Origin: a bacterium | GTDB lineage: Bacteria > UBA10199 > 2-02-FULL-50-16 > JAJFLM01 | NCBI GenBank assembly: GCA_965216315.1 | Contig: CBDCFN010000016.1 | Span: 224,001-288,000, forward strand | Direction of reading: 5' to 3' | Length of the DNA: 64,000 bases | Part shown: positions 38,774-48,477 of the stretch, in pieces | How the letters are laid out: every line of letters starts with the position of its first letter | Numbering within the stretch: the stretch's first letter is position 1 | Made by a program: the position numbers and the translations under genes | The notes under the pieces: generated by a model | Database searches by the model: none | The model's input: only the letters and a program-made list of their open reading frames with translations | Told to the model about the DNA's origin: nothing

Positions 38774-40324
38774 TTATTTGCGACCCCACGCACCGCCGCC
38801 CGGGGTCTCGATGCGGATGCACTCGCCTTTTTTCACATCCAATTCCACCTTGGCCACCAGTTTTTTCCGGCTTGTCCTGGTGATCAACCAATTATTGCCG
38901 GGTTTGCCTGCCCCGCCTTTGTTAAGGCCGTAGGGGTGGAGCTGCCGTCGTTCCGTGAGCAACGAGACGTGGGCGGGTTCCAAGAATTCATATTCGCGAA
39001 TCAGTCCGTTGCCGCCCTTGAACTTTCCCGTGCCGCCGCTGTTGTTGTGGATACGATACTCCGTGATGCGAAAGGGGAGTGACTTTTCCAAGGCCTCAAT
39101 CGGCGTGTTCATCGTGTTCGTCATGTGCGTATGGATCGCGTCGATACCGGCCGCGCGCGGTCGCGCGCCCATGCCGCCGGCGAGGGTTTCATAATAGGAG
39201 AAACGCGCGTTGCCGCAGGCGAGGTTGTTCATTGTGCCCTGGCTGGCGGCCGGCACGAGATGTGGCAGGGCCTTTGCCATCGCCCCGAATAAAAGGTCGA
39301 CGATGCGCTGACTGGTTTCGACGTTGCCGCCGGCTACAGGGGAGGGGTGCAACGCATGCACAACAGTGCCCGGCCGCGTTTTGATGGTGATCGGTTTCAG
39401 AGAGAGACAATCTTCTCCGGTCAGTCCCAAGATGAGACAGCGCATCACATAGGCAATCGCAGAGAGGGTGACGGCATAGGGCGCATTGACGGGGCCTTTC
39501 ACTTGATCCGCGCACTGACGCAGATCAACAATGATCTTATCGCGCCGAACTTTGATTTGCGTGCTCAACAGAATGTTCCTCGTTCCTAGTCCGTCGTCTT
39601 CCAAGTAGTCCTTAAAGGAATAATCGCCGCTAGGGATTTTCTTGATCGCTTCCAGCGTGATCTTGGTTTCGTAGCGGCGGTAGGCGGCCATAATGCGGTG
39701 CAGTTCGCGGAGCCCATGTTGCCGGGCGAGTGCCTGCAAGCGTTGAGTTCCGATCGTAAGGGCGGCCTGCTGGGCCCGGAGATCGGCGAGGCGTTCCTCC
39801 GGATGCCGGACCTGCTTCAGGAGGTGTTTGAGAAAACGTCCTTGGAGGCGGCCTTGTTTATAGAGGTAGCTTGGAGGAATCACGACGCCTTCGTCTTCGA
39901 TGCGTGTCGCGAGCGGCATCGAACCGGGGGATTGGCCGCCGACATCGGCATGGTGGGCGCGGTTGGCGACGTAGAAGGACGGTTTTGTTGAAGCGCTGAC
40001 AAACACCGGCGCGACCATCGTGATGTCGGGGAGGTGTGTGCCACCCGCGTAGGGATCGTTAAGGATAATGATGTCACCTCGGCGGCAGGTCCCGGCACTA
40101 ATAGCGGCTTCTACACTCAGTGCCATTGAACCCAAGTGCACCGGAATATGCGCCGCCTGCGCGACCAAATTGCCGTCGGCATCAAATAGGGCGCAGGAAA
40201 AGTCCTCGCGTTCTTTGATATTCGGCGAGAACGCGCTGCGCGCGAGCACGACACCCATTTCTTCGCAGATGGCGGCGAAAAGATTTTTGAAGATTGAAAG
40301 CGTTATTGGCGATATTTTTTTCAT
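38774..40324 (-). CDS. Hydantoinase B / 5-oxoprolinase family subunit
   Basis: RSAFSPNIKEREDFSCA, HIPVHLGSM, LNDPYAGGTHLPD, HHADVGG, ETPGGGAWG. Confidence 0.93.
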   Translation of the reverse strand: MKKISPITLSIFKNLFAAICEEMGVVLARSAFSPNIKEREDFSCALFDADGNLVAQAAHIPVHLGSMALSVEAAISAGTCRRGDIIILNDPYAGGTHLPDITMVAPVFVSASTKPSFYVANRAHHADVGGQSPGSMPLATRIEDEGVVIPPSYLYKQGRLQGRFLKHLLKQVRHPEERLADLRAQQAALTIGTQRLQALARQHGLRELHRIMAAYRRYETKITLEAIKKIPSGDYSFKDYLEDDGLGTRNILLSTQIKVRRDKIIVDLRQCADQVKGPVNAPYAVTLSAIAYVMRCLILGLTGEDCLSLKPITIKTRPGTVVHALHPSPVAGGNVETSQRIVDLLFGAMAKALPHLVPAASQGTMNNLACGNARFSYYETLAGGMGARPRAAGIDAIHTHMTNTMNTPIEALEKSLPFRITEYRIHNNSGGTGKFKGGNGLIREYEFLEPAHVSLLTERRQLHPYGLNKGGAGKPGNNWLITRTSRKKLVAKVELDVKKGECIRIETPGGGAWGRK

Positions 40325-42315
40325 TTTTCTAAAATCAAATTCCCATTTTTATCGCATTCCAGTTTCCATTCCGGCGGTACGAAAGTTGTGGCGCTAAATT
40401 CCGTGATGACAGCGGCCCCTTTGATGCTGTCTCCCGGTGTCAACGTGGCGCGGTCATAATAGGCGATTGGCCAGCGCTTACCGCCCCAAAATAAATTAGC
40501 TTGCGCAAGTGGCATCAGTTTTTCACGACGCTTTGAATTGGTTTGCTGGGCCTTGTGCCGTCGTTTCGCATTAATTCGGGCCTGTAGGCGCACGTTCACG
40601 ACCTCGATCGGGCGCTTATGCGTAAAGCCAAATTGTTTTTTATGGTTGCGTGCGAAGGCCTGCTTAAAATTTTTGGAATCGGAGATACGCAGTTCGTAAG
40701 ATTGTCCGGCATAACGAATATCAAGTTCCGCATGAAAGCGCATTTGTTTGATGGGGTGTCCCGCCGCGCGCGCATCTTGGCGTGCCTTTTTCTTGAGAGT
40801 GACAATTGCACGATCAATGCGCGCGCGTGACGCGGCCTGTTCAGTTAAGAGGACGGTCTGGACATAGTCACGGACCCAATCGGCATGGGCCATTCCATAC
40901 GCGGACAGAATGCCGGGATTATTTGGAATCAGTACGCGCGGGATCTCAAGGGTATTGGCCAGTTCGCAGGCATGTAGCCCGCCGGCGCCGCCAAAGGCGA
41001 CTAGAGTGAATTCGCGGGGATCATATCCCCGCTCCAGCGAAATGACACGGAGGGCCCGCGCCATGTTGGCATTGGCGACTTGGAGGATGCCGTCGGCGGT
41101 CGCGTTGGTACTTAGCTTGAGTTGCTTGGCGAGACGTTGCAGCGGTGCCCGTACTTTTTTGTCATCGAGTTGCATCTTGCCGCCCAAAAAATAACTCTTG
41201 TGAATACGGCCGAGGGATAGATGGGCATCGGTGATGGAACACTCCCGGCCTCCTTGCCCATAACAGGCGGGCCCCGGCTCCGCGCCAGCACTTTCGGGTC
41301 CAACTTGGAGGGCCCCTCCCGCATCGACTCTTGCAATCGAACCGCCGCCGGCCCCGATGGTGTGAATCCGTATCATCGGTGTCTTGATCGGATAACCTCC
41401 GAGTATCGCTTCGCTGGTCAGCTCGATCTTGCGATCGATGAGTGTGATGTCGGTTGATGTGCCTCCCATGTCCAGGGCGATTAACTTGTCAAAGCCCGAC
41501 TGTTTTCCCGCCAACAAGGCGCCGAGTGCTCCTCCGGCGGGACCGGAAAGGAGGGTGCGCACCGATTCCTGTGCAGCTTCTTCAATCTCCAGGCTGCCTC
41601 CATTGGATTGCATGATGCGAATCGGGCCATGCAACGATTCGGAAAGCCGTGTCAGGTAGCGTGACATGATCGGCGCGACGTAGGCGTTAGCACAGGTTGT
41701 TGTCGTGCGCTCATATTCGCGGAATTCAGGGCAGATCTGGGACGAGATAGAAATATTTTTTTTGAGTGGCTTCAACACGGCGGCGATTTGCTGCTCATGC
41801 CTGTCATTGGCATAAGCGTTCAGCAAACAGACGGCGATCGATGACGCGCGCGTGTCTTTGATTCGTTTCTTGAGTCGATTGAGTTCCGCCTGCTTGAGTT
41901 TGATAAGGACTTTACCGTTCGCACTGATGCGTTCTTGGGCGCCAATCCGATCGCTCTTATTTACAAGCGCGTTCACGCGTTCGACGAAGATGTCATAAAG
42001 TTGATCACGTTTTTGTCGGCCGATTTCGATAACATCCTCAAATCCCTTGGTGGTAACCAGTAAGACGCGTGCTCCTTTGTGTTCCAGTAGGGCATTGGTC
42101 GCGACGGTCGAGCCATGGATGATCTCGCCATAATCAAGGTTCAGTTCATTTAAGCCTTGGAATATCGCGATGGATGGGTCCTCGGGTGTCGAAAGGACTT
42201 TATGGGTCAATATTGTCTGCGGTGTGACGCAGTAAAAATCCGTAAAGGTTCCGCCTGTATCGACGGCAATGAGGGTTTCGTTGGCGACCTTTTTATGCGT
42301 TGTCCGGGTCTTCAT
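40321..42315 (-). CDS. Hydantoinase A / 5-oxoprolinase family subunit
   Basis: VDTGGTFTD, HGSTVATNALLE, LLSGPAGG, DMGGTSTD, IGAGGGSIA, GPESAGAEPGPACY. Confidence 0.93.
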   Translation of the reverse strand: MKTRTTHKKVANETLIAVDTGGTFTDFYCVTPQTILTHKVLSTPEDPSIAIFQGLNELNLDYGEIIHGSTVATNALLEHKGARVLLVTTKGFEDVIEIGRQKRDQLYDIFVERVNALVNKSDRIGAQERISANGKVLIKLKQAELNRLKKRIKDTRASSIAVCLLNAYANDRHEQQIAAVLKPLKKNISISSQICPEFREYERTTTTCANAYVAPIMSRYLTRLSESLHGPIRIMQSNGGSLEIEEAAQESVRTLLSGPAGGALGALLAGKQSGFDKLIALDMGGTSTDITLIDRKIELTSEAILGGYPIKTPMIRIHTIGAGGGSIARVDAGGALQVGPESAGAEPGPACYGQGGRECSITDAHLSLGRIHKSYFLGGKMQLDDKKVRAPLQRLAKQLKLSTNATADGILQVANANMARALRVISLERGYDPREFTLVAFGGAGGLHACELANTLEIPRVLIPNNPGILSAYGMAHADWVRDYVQTVLLTEQAASRARIDRAIVTLKKKARQDARAAGHPIKQMRFHAELDIRYAGQSYELRISDSKNFKQAFARNHKKQFGFTHKRPIEVVNVRLQARINAKRRHKAQQTNSKRREKLMPLAQANLFWGGKRWPIAYYDRATLTPGDSIKGAAVITEFSATTFVPPEWKLECDKNGNLILEK

Positions 42316-42772
42316 GGAAGAGGAATTCCAAGCAGCTATAGGCCCGCTCGTAGACAGGGTTTTTGCTTTCCCGATTGCCGGCGATGTTTAAGGTGCGGAC
42401 CGCGTTTGTGTCGATCCACTGCCAAAACTCTTGACGGGTTTCGGCATCAATATCTTCTAAGTCGATAATATGCAAAGGCCGCAGATGGTTGAGGCATTGT
42501 TCGATGGTCAGTGCCGTGCCTCCACTTAAGGTGCCTTGTCCGATGACCAGGGTGCCGTCGGCTTCAAGGAGGTTTTTTTCCGTTCTCGCTTCGTATTGAG
42601 GGCTTTCCAGTTCGATCAATTGATAACGGTCATCGATGCGGCCATCTTCGGCCTTGCGTCCCTTGGGGCAGTAGCCGCCGTGGGGAATCTTGTGTTCGAT
42701 CGCGAAATCCAATGCGGCCCGGTCGACACCGGTCTGGCCGCCGGAGATGATTTTTTTGATCCAGTCGATCAT
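42293..42772 (-). CDS. Putative molybdenum cofactor carrier / circularly permuted YpsA-like SLOG protein
   Basis: KIISGGQTGVDRAALD, GGYCPKGR.AEDG, RTEKN...ADGTL, LNIAGNRES. Start at 42772; the longer start in the track runs through the enhancer. Confidence 0.85.
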   Translation of the reverse strand: MIDWIKKIISGGQTGVDRAALDFAIEHKIPHGGYCPKGRKAEDGRIDDRYQLIELESPQYEARTEKNLLEADGTLVIGQGTLSGGTALTIEQCLNHLRPLHIIDLEDIDAETRQEFWQWIDTNAVRTLNIAGNRESKNPVYERAYSCLEFLFHEDPDNA

Positions 42773-42813
42773 GGCCCTTTCCGTAGCAGCGGCATGCACA
42801 AGTCTTAGAAGTA

Positions 42814-42942
42814 TTATCAAAATGATAATATTATCAAAATGATAAGGCAATTATGTATACAAAAATGAATGCTATTGAAAGTCTATTTAAAATCACTTCG
42901 ATGCGGCTGTCTTTGTATTCATCTGTTGGCATAGCGTTTGCA
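42814..42942 (+). promoter_or_regulatory. Sigma54 promoter with tandem enhancer sites
   Basis: TTATCAAAATGATAA at 42814 and 42831; TGGCATAGCGTTTGCA at 42927-42942. Confidence 0.82.
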
Positions 42943-42987
42943 GTAACCCTTTGAGAATCGTTTGTTATCTTTTACGGAGGGTCATGG

Positions 42988-44676
42988 ATGTCACACTATC
43001 TCAAGCCAATTTTTAAGAGCGTTATTTTTTCTGTCGGCACGCTATTATTTTTAATCGCTGCTGTGCCGTTGTATGCAGCGAGCTATGTCGAGCAGTCGCA
43101 TCTCTCTGAGAATCTTGCCAACATCGGACATTCATTTGGACGGTCGGTAGCGCTGCATCAGGGAACACTGGCCATCGGTGTTGCTGGTTATCCGGCTGCG
43201 TGGCAAGAAGCTATACGTCGTGGCGCTGTTTATATTTATGAACTCGAAGGCGGCTACTCTTGGCAACTCAAACACGAATTGGGGGTCAAAGATGGAGAAG
43301 CGTATGATCACCTTGGTACGTCGGTAGCATTGGTTGGTAATACGTTGGTTGCCGGTGCCGCAGACGCCGATATTTCTGAGAAGGAAGATCAAGGTGCCGT
43401 TTATGTCTTTGAAAAAATAGGTGAACAATGGATTCAACAACAGAAACTGATAGCCCCTGATGGTGAGGCGGGCGACAAGTTTGGCAAGCACATTGCTTTT
43501 GATGGGAAGACAATCGTTGTAGCCGCAGCGACAAAGACTGTTGATGATGAGGAATATCAAGGGGTTGCCTATATATTCGAAAATGTTGATGGCAAATGGA
43601 AACAAGTTCAGCGGCTGAAGGGGTCGGATAGCGATAATTACGATTGGTTTGGCAGTTCAGTTGCCCTCCAAGATGATACGCTCGTAATAGGGGCCTATAG
43701 ACCTGCCAAAGCCTACGTATTTAATAGGGGACCTACAGAGTGGAAAGAAACGGATATCTTGACAGCAACGGATCTTAAAGTGGGTTTCGGTTGGTTTGGC
43801 TACGCTGTGAATATTAATGGTAATCGCATTGTCGTAGGAGCTCCCAAGGCAAGTAGTGAAGGAACGATGATTGAAAAAGGAGCCGCTTATGTTTTTATCA
43901 AAAAAAATGGTGAGTGGGCCGGAGAAAAATTGCTTGTCGATAAATTGCAAAAAGGCGACATGTTTGGTTCATCGGTTGCGATAAAAAACGATGTTATTGC
44001 TGTCGGGGCGGTACCAACAGACATATCCAGCGAAAGTCCTCCTGGGAAGGTCTACCTGTTTGAATTTGAAAATGGAGAATGGAATGATGGCAAGCGGGTC
44101 AAAGGGGTAGACAGTGATTATGATCATTTTGGGGCCTCGTTGGCTCTCGATGAAATGCACTTAGTTGCGGGGGCCCCTCATTTTGGCGAACATGTTAAAC
44201 AGATGGGACAGGTGAAGACTTTCGCTGTTCCCCGGTTGTTTGTGGAGACTGTGCGCGATTATATCTATGAAAATGGTACAGCTATGCCGTTGAATATGAG
44301 GCTCAATGTAATTCCATCGGCTAACATTATGATTGAAGCCAGCGGTGATTCACAGCTTTCGGTAGAACCATCCAATCAAATGATCGTTGCGGAAAAACCA
44401 CTCTACCAAGCTGGAGCCAAGGTGTCCTTTGAGATGAAGGGGATTGATGACGCTGACTATGAAGGGGAACATAGTGGGCGCATTTCTTTTGTTGTAACGA
44501 GCGATGATCCTCGTATTGATGGCATGGTGATGGATCCCTTTGAGCTAAATATTATAGATGATGAGGCCGACCCGAATGCCTCCGGCGAAACAGGAAGTTC
44601 AGGATCGGGAACGTACGGCGGGTGGGGAGGTGGGTCTTCTGCGAGCTCAAGCGGAAGCTGCAGCCTTAGACGTTAG
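42988..44676 (+). CDS. Exported FG-GAP repeat beta-propeller protein
   Basis: Signal peptide; about 7 FG.SVA...L.VGA...GAVYVF repeats; beta-sandwich-like domain; Gly/Ser tail ending SGSCSLRR. Confidence 0.88.
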   Translation: MSHYLKPIFKSVIFSVGTLLFLIAAVPLYAASYVEQSHLSENLANIGHSFGRSVALHQGTLAIGVAGYPAAWQEAIRRGAVYIYELEGGYSWQLKHELGVKDGEAYDHLGTSVALVGNTLVAGAADADISEKEDQGAVYVFEKIGEQWIQQQKLIAPDGEAGDKFGKHIAFDGKTIVVAAATKTVDDEEYQGVAYIFENVDGKWKQVQRLKGSDSDNYDWFGSSVALQDDTLVIGAYRPAKAYVFNRGPTEWKETDILTATDLKVGFGWFGYAVNINGNRIVVGAPKASSEGTMIEKGAAYVFIKKNGEWAGEKLLVDKLQKGDMFGSSVAIKNDVIAVGAVPTDISSESPPGKVYLFEFENGEWNDGKRVKGVDSDYDHFGASLALDEMHLVAGAPHFGEHVKQMGQVKTFAVPRLFVETVRDYIYENGTAMPLNMRLNVIPSANIMIEASGDSQLSVEPSNQMIVAEKPLYQAGAKVSFEMKGIDDADYEGEHSGRISFVVTSDDPRIDGMVMDPFELNIIDDEADPNASGETGSSGSGTYGGWGGGSSASSSGSCSLRR

Positions 44677-45193
44677 CAGTCATCTCGAGAAACTCGAAGA
44701 GGACACGTCCGGTCATTCCCCAGATAATGCGGTCGCCATAGGAGAAATGCGGATCCGGGTACTCGCGTCCCTGAAATTCAATGGTCCGTATCTCGAGATT
44801 TTTAGGGTCGAGGAGATGCGAGAGAGGGACCGTAAAGAGTTCAGCGATCTCAACCGGATTGAGTTGCCATTGCCTGGGGGCTTCGATCTTGCCGACGAAA
44901 GGGGTGACGTGGAAGCCGGTCGGTGTCACTTGGGGGCGTAGTTTTTTGATGAGTTGGACGCTACTGCGGGGGATGCCGATTTCTTCCTCGGTTTCACGAG
45001 TGGCCGTGTCCCATAAAGTCTCATCCTCGGGGTCTGCGGCCCCCCCTGGAAAGGCGATTTGTCCTTTGTGATGTCCTACTTTGTCAGTCCGGCGTGTCAG
45101 CACGATATGCTTATCACCTGTTTTCTCATAGTAGGGGATGAGGACGGCGGCATTGCGCCATTCATCGCTCTCAGGCGTCGGAAGGTGAATCAT
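44666..45193 (-). CDS. Nudix CoA pyrophosphatase (NudL-like)
   Basis: AAVLIP, LTRRT....HKGQIAFPGG, TATRETEEEIG, IWGMTG. Confidence 0.9.
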   Translation of the reverse strand: MIHLPTPESDEWRNAAVLIPYYEKTGDKHIVLTRRTDKVGHHKGQIAFPGGAADPEDETLWDTATRETEEEIGIPRSSVQLIKKLRPQVTPTGFHVTPFVGKIEAPRQWQLNPVEIAELFTVPLSHLLDPKNLEIRTIEFQGREYPDPHFSYGDRIIWGMTGRVLFEFLEMTANV

Positions 45194-45203
45194 GTTTCAA
45201 ACA

Positions 45204-45773
45204 CTAATCCTTTTTTTTATTGAGTGCAAATCGGATTCCGATCCGGATGGCTTTGGGATAGTAGGGAAAAGGAGCGGCTCGTCGAATCGTGGCGAGTGCG
45301 GCCTCGTCGAGGGGAGAACTACCGGATGAGCGTGCGAGTTTCAGTCCTGAGACCGTGCCATTTTCCAGGATGCGAAAGCTGACATCTGAGGTTCCTTCCA
45401 GTCCGCGGCGCCGTGCCATCAGCGGGTAACGTTTGGCGCGTTCGATGCGGCTGCGGATCTGGGCGAGGATATCATCGAGTCCCGCTGTGCTGCTTCCACT
45501 CCCCGTCCCGGGTCCCGCAGAGGGTCCCGTTCCTGCGCCGGCTTGGGTTGACTGTTTCGTATCAAAGCCGCGACTTTTTGTGCGCGCTTGTTGCGGCGTT
45601 GCTTTGTGCAGACCTTCGTCTTCAGCCGTGATGGGTTCCATCGAAATAGAGATTGTCGCGCCGGCGCCGCCACCGAGTGCCGGTTGATCACTGTCGGTGG
45701 CTATAAACAGCGGTATCAAGAATAGGCCGTGCAGCAACAAGGCCAGGCTTAGAAAAAAGAGATAACGTTTCAT
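45204..45773 (-). CDS. tonB: Energy transducer TonB
   Basis: N-terminal TM with SxxxH, C-terminal YP..ARRRGLEG...SSG...LDEAAL. Confidence 0.88.
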   Translation of the reverse strand: MKRYLFFLSLALLLHGLFLIPLFIATDSDQPALGGGAGATISISMEPITAEDEGLHKATPQQARTKSRGFDTKQSTQAGAGTGPSAGPGTGSGSSTAGLDDILAQIRSRIERAKRYPLMARRRGLEGTSDVSFRILENGTVSGLKLARSSGSSPLDEAALATIRRAAPFPYYPKAIRIGIRFALNKKKD

Positions 45774-46549
45774 GACTCTATACGCAACGGCCGGTAATAA
45801 GGCCGACCTTGGTCATCGTGTTCTACCGCGACGCGGGCACCGAAGACTTCTTGGATCATCTCAGGAGTGATGAGCTCCTGCGGGGTTCCGAGGGCATGCA
45901 CGCGCCCCTCTGAGAGTAAGAGTATCCGATCACAGTATAAGGAGGCCAGATTAATATCGTGGAGAGTCATAATAATAGAACGGTCACGCTGGTCGCGTAA
46001 CTTTGCCAGCAAGGCGGCGATTTCCAGCTGGTAATGGATATCCAGGTGGGCCGTTGGTTCATCCAATAACATCAACGGGGTATCTTGGGCCAAGGCACGG
46101 GCGATCATGACGCGCCGGCGCTCGCCACCGGAGAGGGTTTGAATAGGCCGATTTTGCAAGGCGCTGATTTGAGTGGCTGCGATGGCGGCTTGCGCTTGGC
46201 GGCAATCTTCGGTGGAATCAAAGCCGAATATTCTTTGATAGGGTTGGCGACCCATCATGACGATATCCCAAACGCGATAGTTGAGGGAGATGCCGTCGGT
46301 CTGGGGGACGTGCGCGACTTTTTGGGCCTTCTCTTGATACGACAATGAAGCCAGGGCGGAGTTGTCGAGCTGAATGTGACCGCTATTCGGAGTGAGTAAT
46401 CCCAACATGAGGTTAAGGAGCGTGGTTTTGCCGGAACCGTTAGGGCCTAAGATGCCGAGGATTTCGTGGGGCTGAACGTCAAAGCTCATGCCGCGAATGA
46501 CTTCGGGGCCTTTGAGATAACGGAAATGAATATCTTTAACGCGTAGCAT
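45770..46549 (-). CDS. btuD: Cobalamin/iron-chelate ABC transporter ATP-binding protein
   Basis: GPNGSGKTT, LSGGERRR, LDEPTAHLD, LHDINLA; in a B12-riboswitch operon. Confidence 0.85.
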   Translation of the reverse strand: MLRVKDIHFRYLKGPEVIRGMSFDVQPHEILGILGPNGSGKTTLLNLMLGLLTPNSGHIQLDNSALASLSYQEKAQKVAHVPQTDGISLNYRVWDIVMMGRQPYQRIFGFDSTEDCRQAQAAIAATQISALQNRPIQTLSGGERRRVMIARALAQDTPLMLLDEPTAHLDIHYQLEIAALLAKLRDQRDRSIIMTLHDINLASLYCDRILLLSEGRVHALGTPQELITPEMIQEVFGARVAVEHDDQGRPYYRPLRIES

Positions 46550-46564
46550 ATATTCTATCCATTG

Positions 46565-46642
46565 CACGGGTCCTGTCGCAGGAGGAATCATTTTTTTGTG
46601 CCGAGGGCGTCACAAATAAAACGATTCCTCGCGCCACCCGTG
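46565..46642. repeat. Long imperfect palindrome between permease and ATPase genes
   Basis: Nested arms CACGGGT/ACCCGTG, GAGGAATC/GATTCCTC, TTTGTG/CACAAA. Confidence 0.7.
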
Positions 46643-46657
46643 TCATTTTAATTCCCA

Positions 46658-47638
46658 CTATGCAATCCTCCTTAGCAGTACCAAGAAAAACGGGGCCCCC
46701 AATAAGGCGGTAATCGCACCGACCGGCAATTGGGTGCCAAAACCCGTTTGAAAGCCGATTGTTCGTGAGAGCAAGTCGCAGGCGATGAGTAGAATGGCTC
46801 CGAGCAAGGCCGAGGTGGGAATCAGGATTCTATGATCCGGCCCCCACAGTTTGCGGGCGATATGCGGGACGAAAAGTCCGACGAATCCAATCAGCCCCGA
46901 TAACGAGACGACAGCTCCGACCATTAAGGAGGCCCCGAAAAAAATGCGGCGTGTGTGCCGTTCCGGATGGAGACCGAGCGTGGCGGCAGTGTGAACCCCT
47001 TCGGAGAGGAGATTCAGCGGGCGTGCCTCGATGACCAATATAATGAGTCCGCTCAAAACGAGTAAGGCCACGATGAGCAAGTCGACATAGCGGACGGCAT
47101 CAAGTGAGCCGATCAGTAAGGTCACAATGCGGTGTGACTGGTCGATGGGGGCGAGGGCATTGAAGAACAGAATAAAGGCATAGGCAAAGGCGTTAAAGAC
47201 GACCCCGGTGAGCAAGAGAGTCTGGGGGTTGGGTCGCTTGCGAAAGGAGGCCAAGCCGTACACCAAGAACATGGAACCCAGCGATCCCAAAAAACCGACG
47301 AAGCTGATCCAAGGAAAGGTCAGGCCTAATGAGAGTGCGATCACTCCACATAAAGCGGCGCCGGAAGAAACGCCCAGGATAAAAGGGTCCGCCAGCGGGT
47401 TGCGCAAGAGTCCCTGAAAAGCGGCCCCGGCGCCACTAAGCCCGAAGCCGACGAGCACGGCCAAGAGGACCCGCGGCACGCGGCTTAATAAGAAGATGTC
47501 GCGATGGACATGAGGTTGGCCGTCGAACAGATGGCTCCATGTCAGTGATTCGGAGCCGAACAGGGCCCCGAACAGAATCGCAATGCTGAGCAAGACCGAT
47601 AAAATGATAATTGTCGAGAGCCAGCGGCGGAAGGTCAT
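46658..47638 (-). CDS. btuC: Cobalamin ABC transporter permease (FecCD/BtuC family)
   Basis: RVPRVL, QGLLRNPLADPFILGVSSGA, GLIGFVGLFVPH, LPVGAITALLGAPFF. Confidence 0.88.
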   Translation of the reverse strand: MTFRRWLSTIIILSVLLSIAILFGALFGSESLTWSHLFDGQPHVHRDIFLLSRVPRVLLAVLVGFGLSGAGAAFQGLLRNPLADPFILGVSSGAALCGVIALSLGLTFPWISFVGFLGSLGSMFLVYGLASFRKRPNPQTLLLTGVVFNAFAYAFILFFNALAPIDQSHRIVTLLIGSLDAVRYVDLLIVALLVLSGLIILVIEARPLNLLSEGVHTAATLGLHPERHTRRIFFGASLMVGAVVSLSGLIGFVGLFVPHIARKLWGPDHRILIPTSALLGAILLIACDLLSRTIGFQTGFGTQLPVGAITALLGAPFFLVLLRRIA

Positions 47639-48477
47639 GGCTTAGGCGTCCGCAGGGCATTGGCAATCATCTCCGCCGCCAGCGCGATGCGTGGTCCGGG
47701 TCGGAAGATATTAGGTGACAGTGAAAAGACCTGTTTGTTGCGCACGGCGGGGACCGATTGATAGTCCTGCCATGTCTCCGGAGTTGAACTGGGATCAATG
47801 TCGATTATGACCTCCGGTTGCCAGGCAATGACTTCTTCAATGGAAATCGTCGGATAGGCGCTGTGTCCCTTCGGAACAACGTTGTGAATGCCCGTTTGGG
47901 TAAGGATTTCGCTGATGAAACTATGTGCGCCGACGACCATGAGTGGGTGACGTTGAATAACCACGAGTGTGCGGGGCGCGGGTTTGTGTTGCTGTGAGTG
48001 GATGACGGCAAAACGCTTCTTAATGTCACTGACCAGTGTATGGGCCTGACTACTTTTCTTGAGCAGTGTGCCGAGAGTTTCGATCGTGGTATAGATGTCG
48101 CCTATCGTGCGCGTCTCGAGGACGAGTACGGGAATGCGGGCTTCTTGCAGCAGGGCGATGAAACGCGGATTGCCACTTTCTTTGTTGGTAACGATGAGGT
48201 CGGGCTTGAGTGCCAAAATGCGTTCCAGGTCGGGAAAGGCATAGCCACCGACTTTGGGCAGCTGGGTTGCTGCCGCCGGCCACAGGCAATGAGTCGTGAC
48301 GCCGACGACACGCGGCCCGGCATCAAGGGCAAACAAGATTTCGGTAAGATTCGGCTTGAGGCTGATGATGCGCTGCGGATCTGTCGGCGGATTAAGTCGA
48401 GCTTGTTCACAGCCGCCGAGCACCACGCAGACTATTGCGAGCAAAAGAAAAGAAGATTTTTTAAGGACTCGTCCCAT
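47635..48477 (-). CDS. btuF: Cobalamin-binding lipoprotein
   Basis: Lipobox LGGC; RIISLKPNLTEILFAL, VVGVT..C.WP, PDLERILALKPDL, RPGPR. Confidence 0.88.
   Translation of the reverse strand: MGRVLKKSSFLLLAIVCVVLGGCEQARLNPPTDPQRIISLKPNLTEILFALDAGPRVVGVTTHCLWPAAATQLPKVGGYAFPDLERILALKPDLIVTNKESGNPRFIALLQEARIPVLVLETRTIGDIYTTIETLGTLLKKSSQAHTLVSDIKKRFAVIHSQQHKPAPRTLVVIQRHPLMVVGAHSFISEILTQTGIHNVVPKGHSAYPTISIEEVIAWQPEVIIDIDPSSTPETWQDYQSVPAVRNKQVFSLSPNIFRPGPRIALAAEMIANALRTPKP

Noticed and set aside
42773..42850. N-terminal extension MPYHFDNIIILIILL of the SLOG protein
   Set aside because: It is a translation of the tandem enhancer repeats; family similarity begins at MIDWIKKIISGGQTG.
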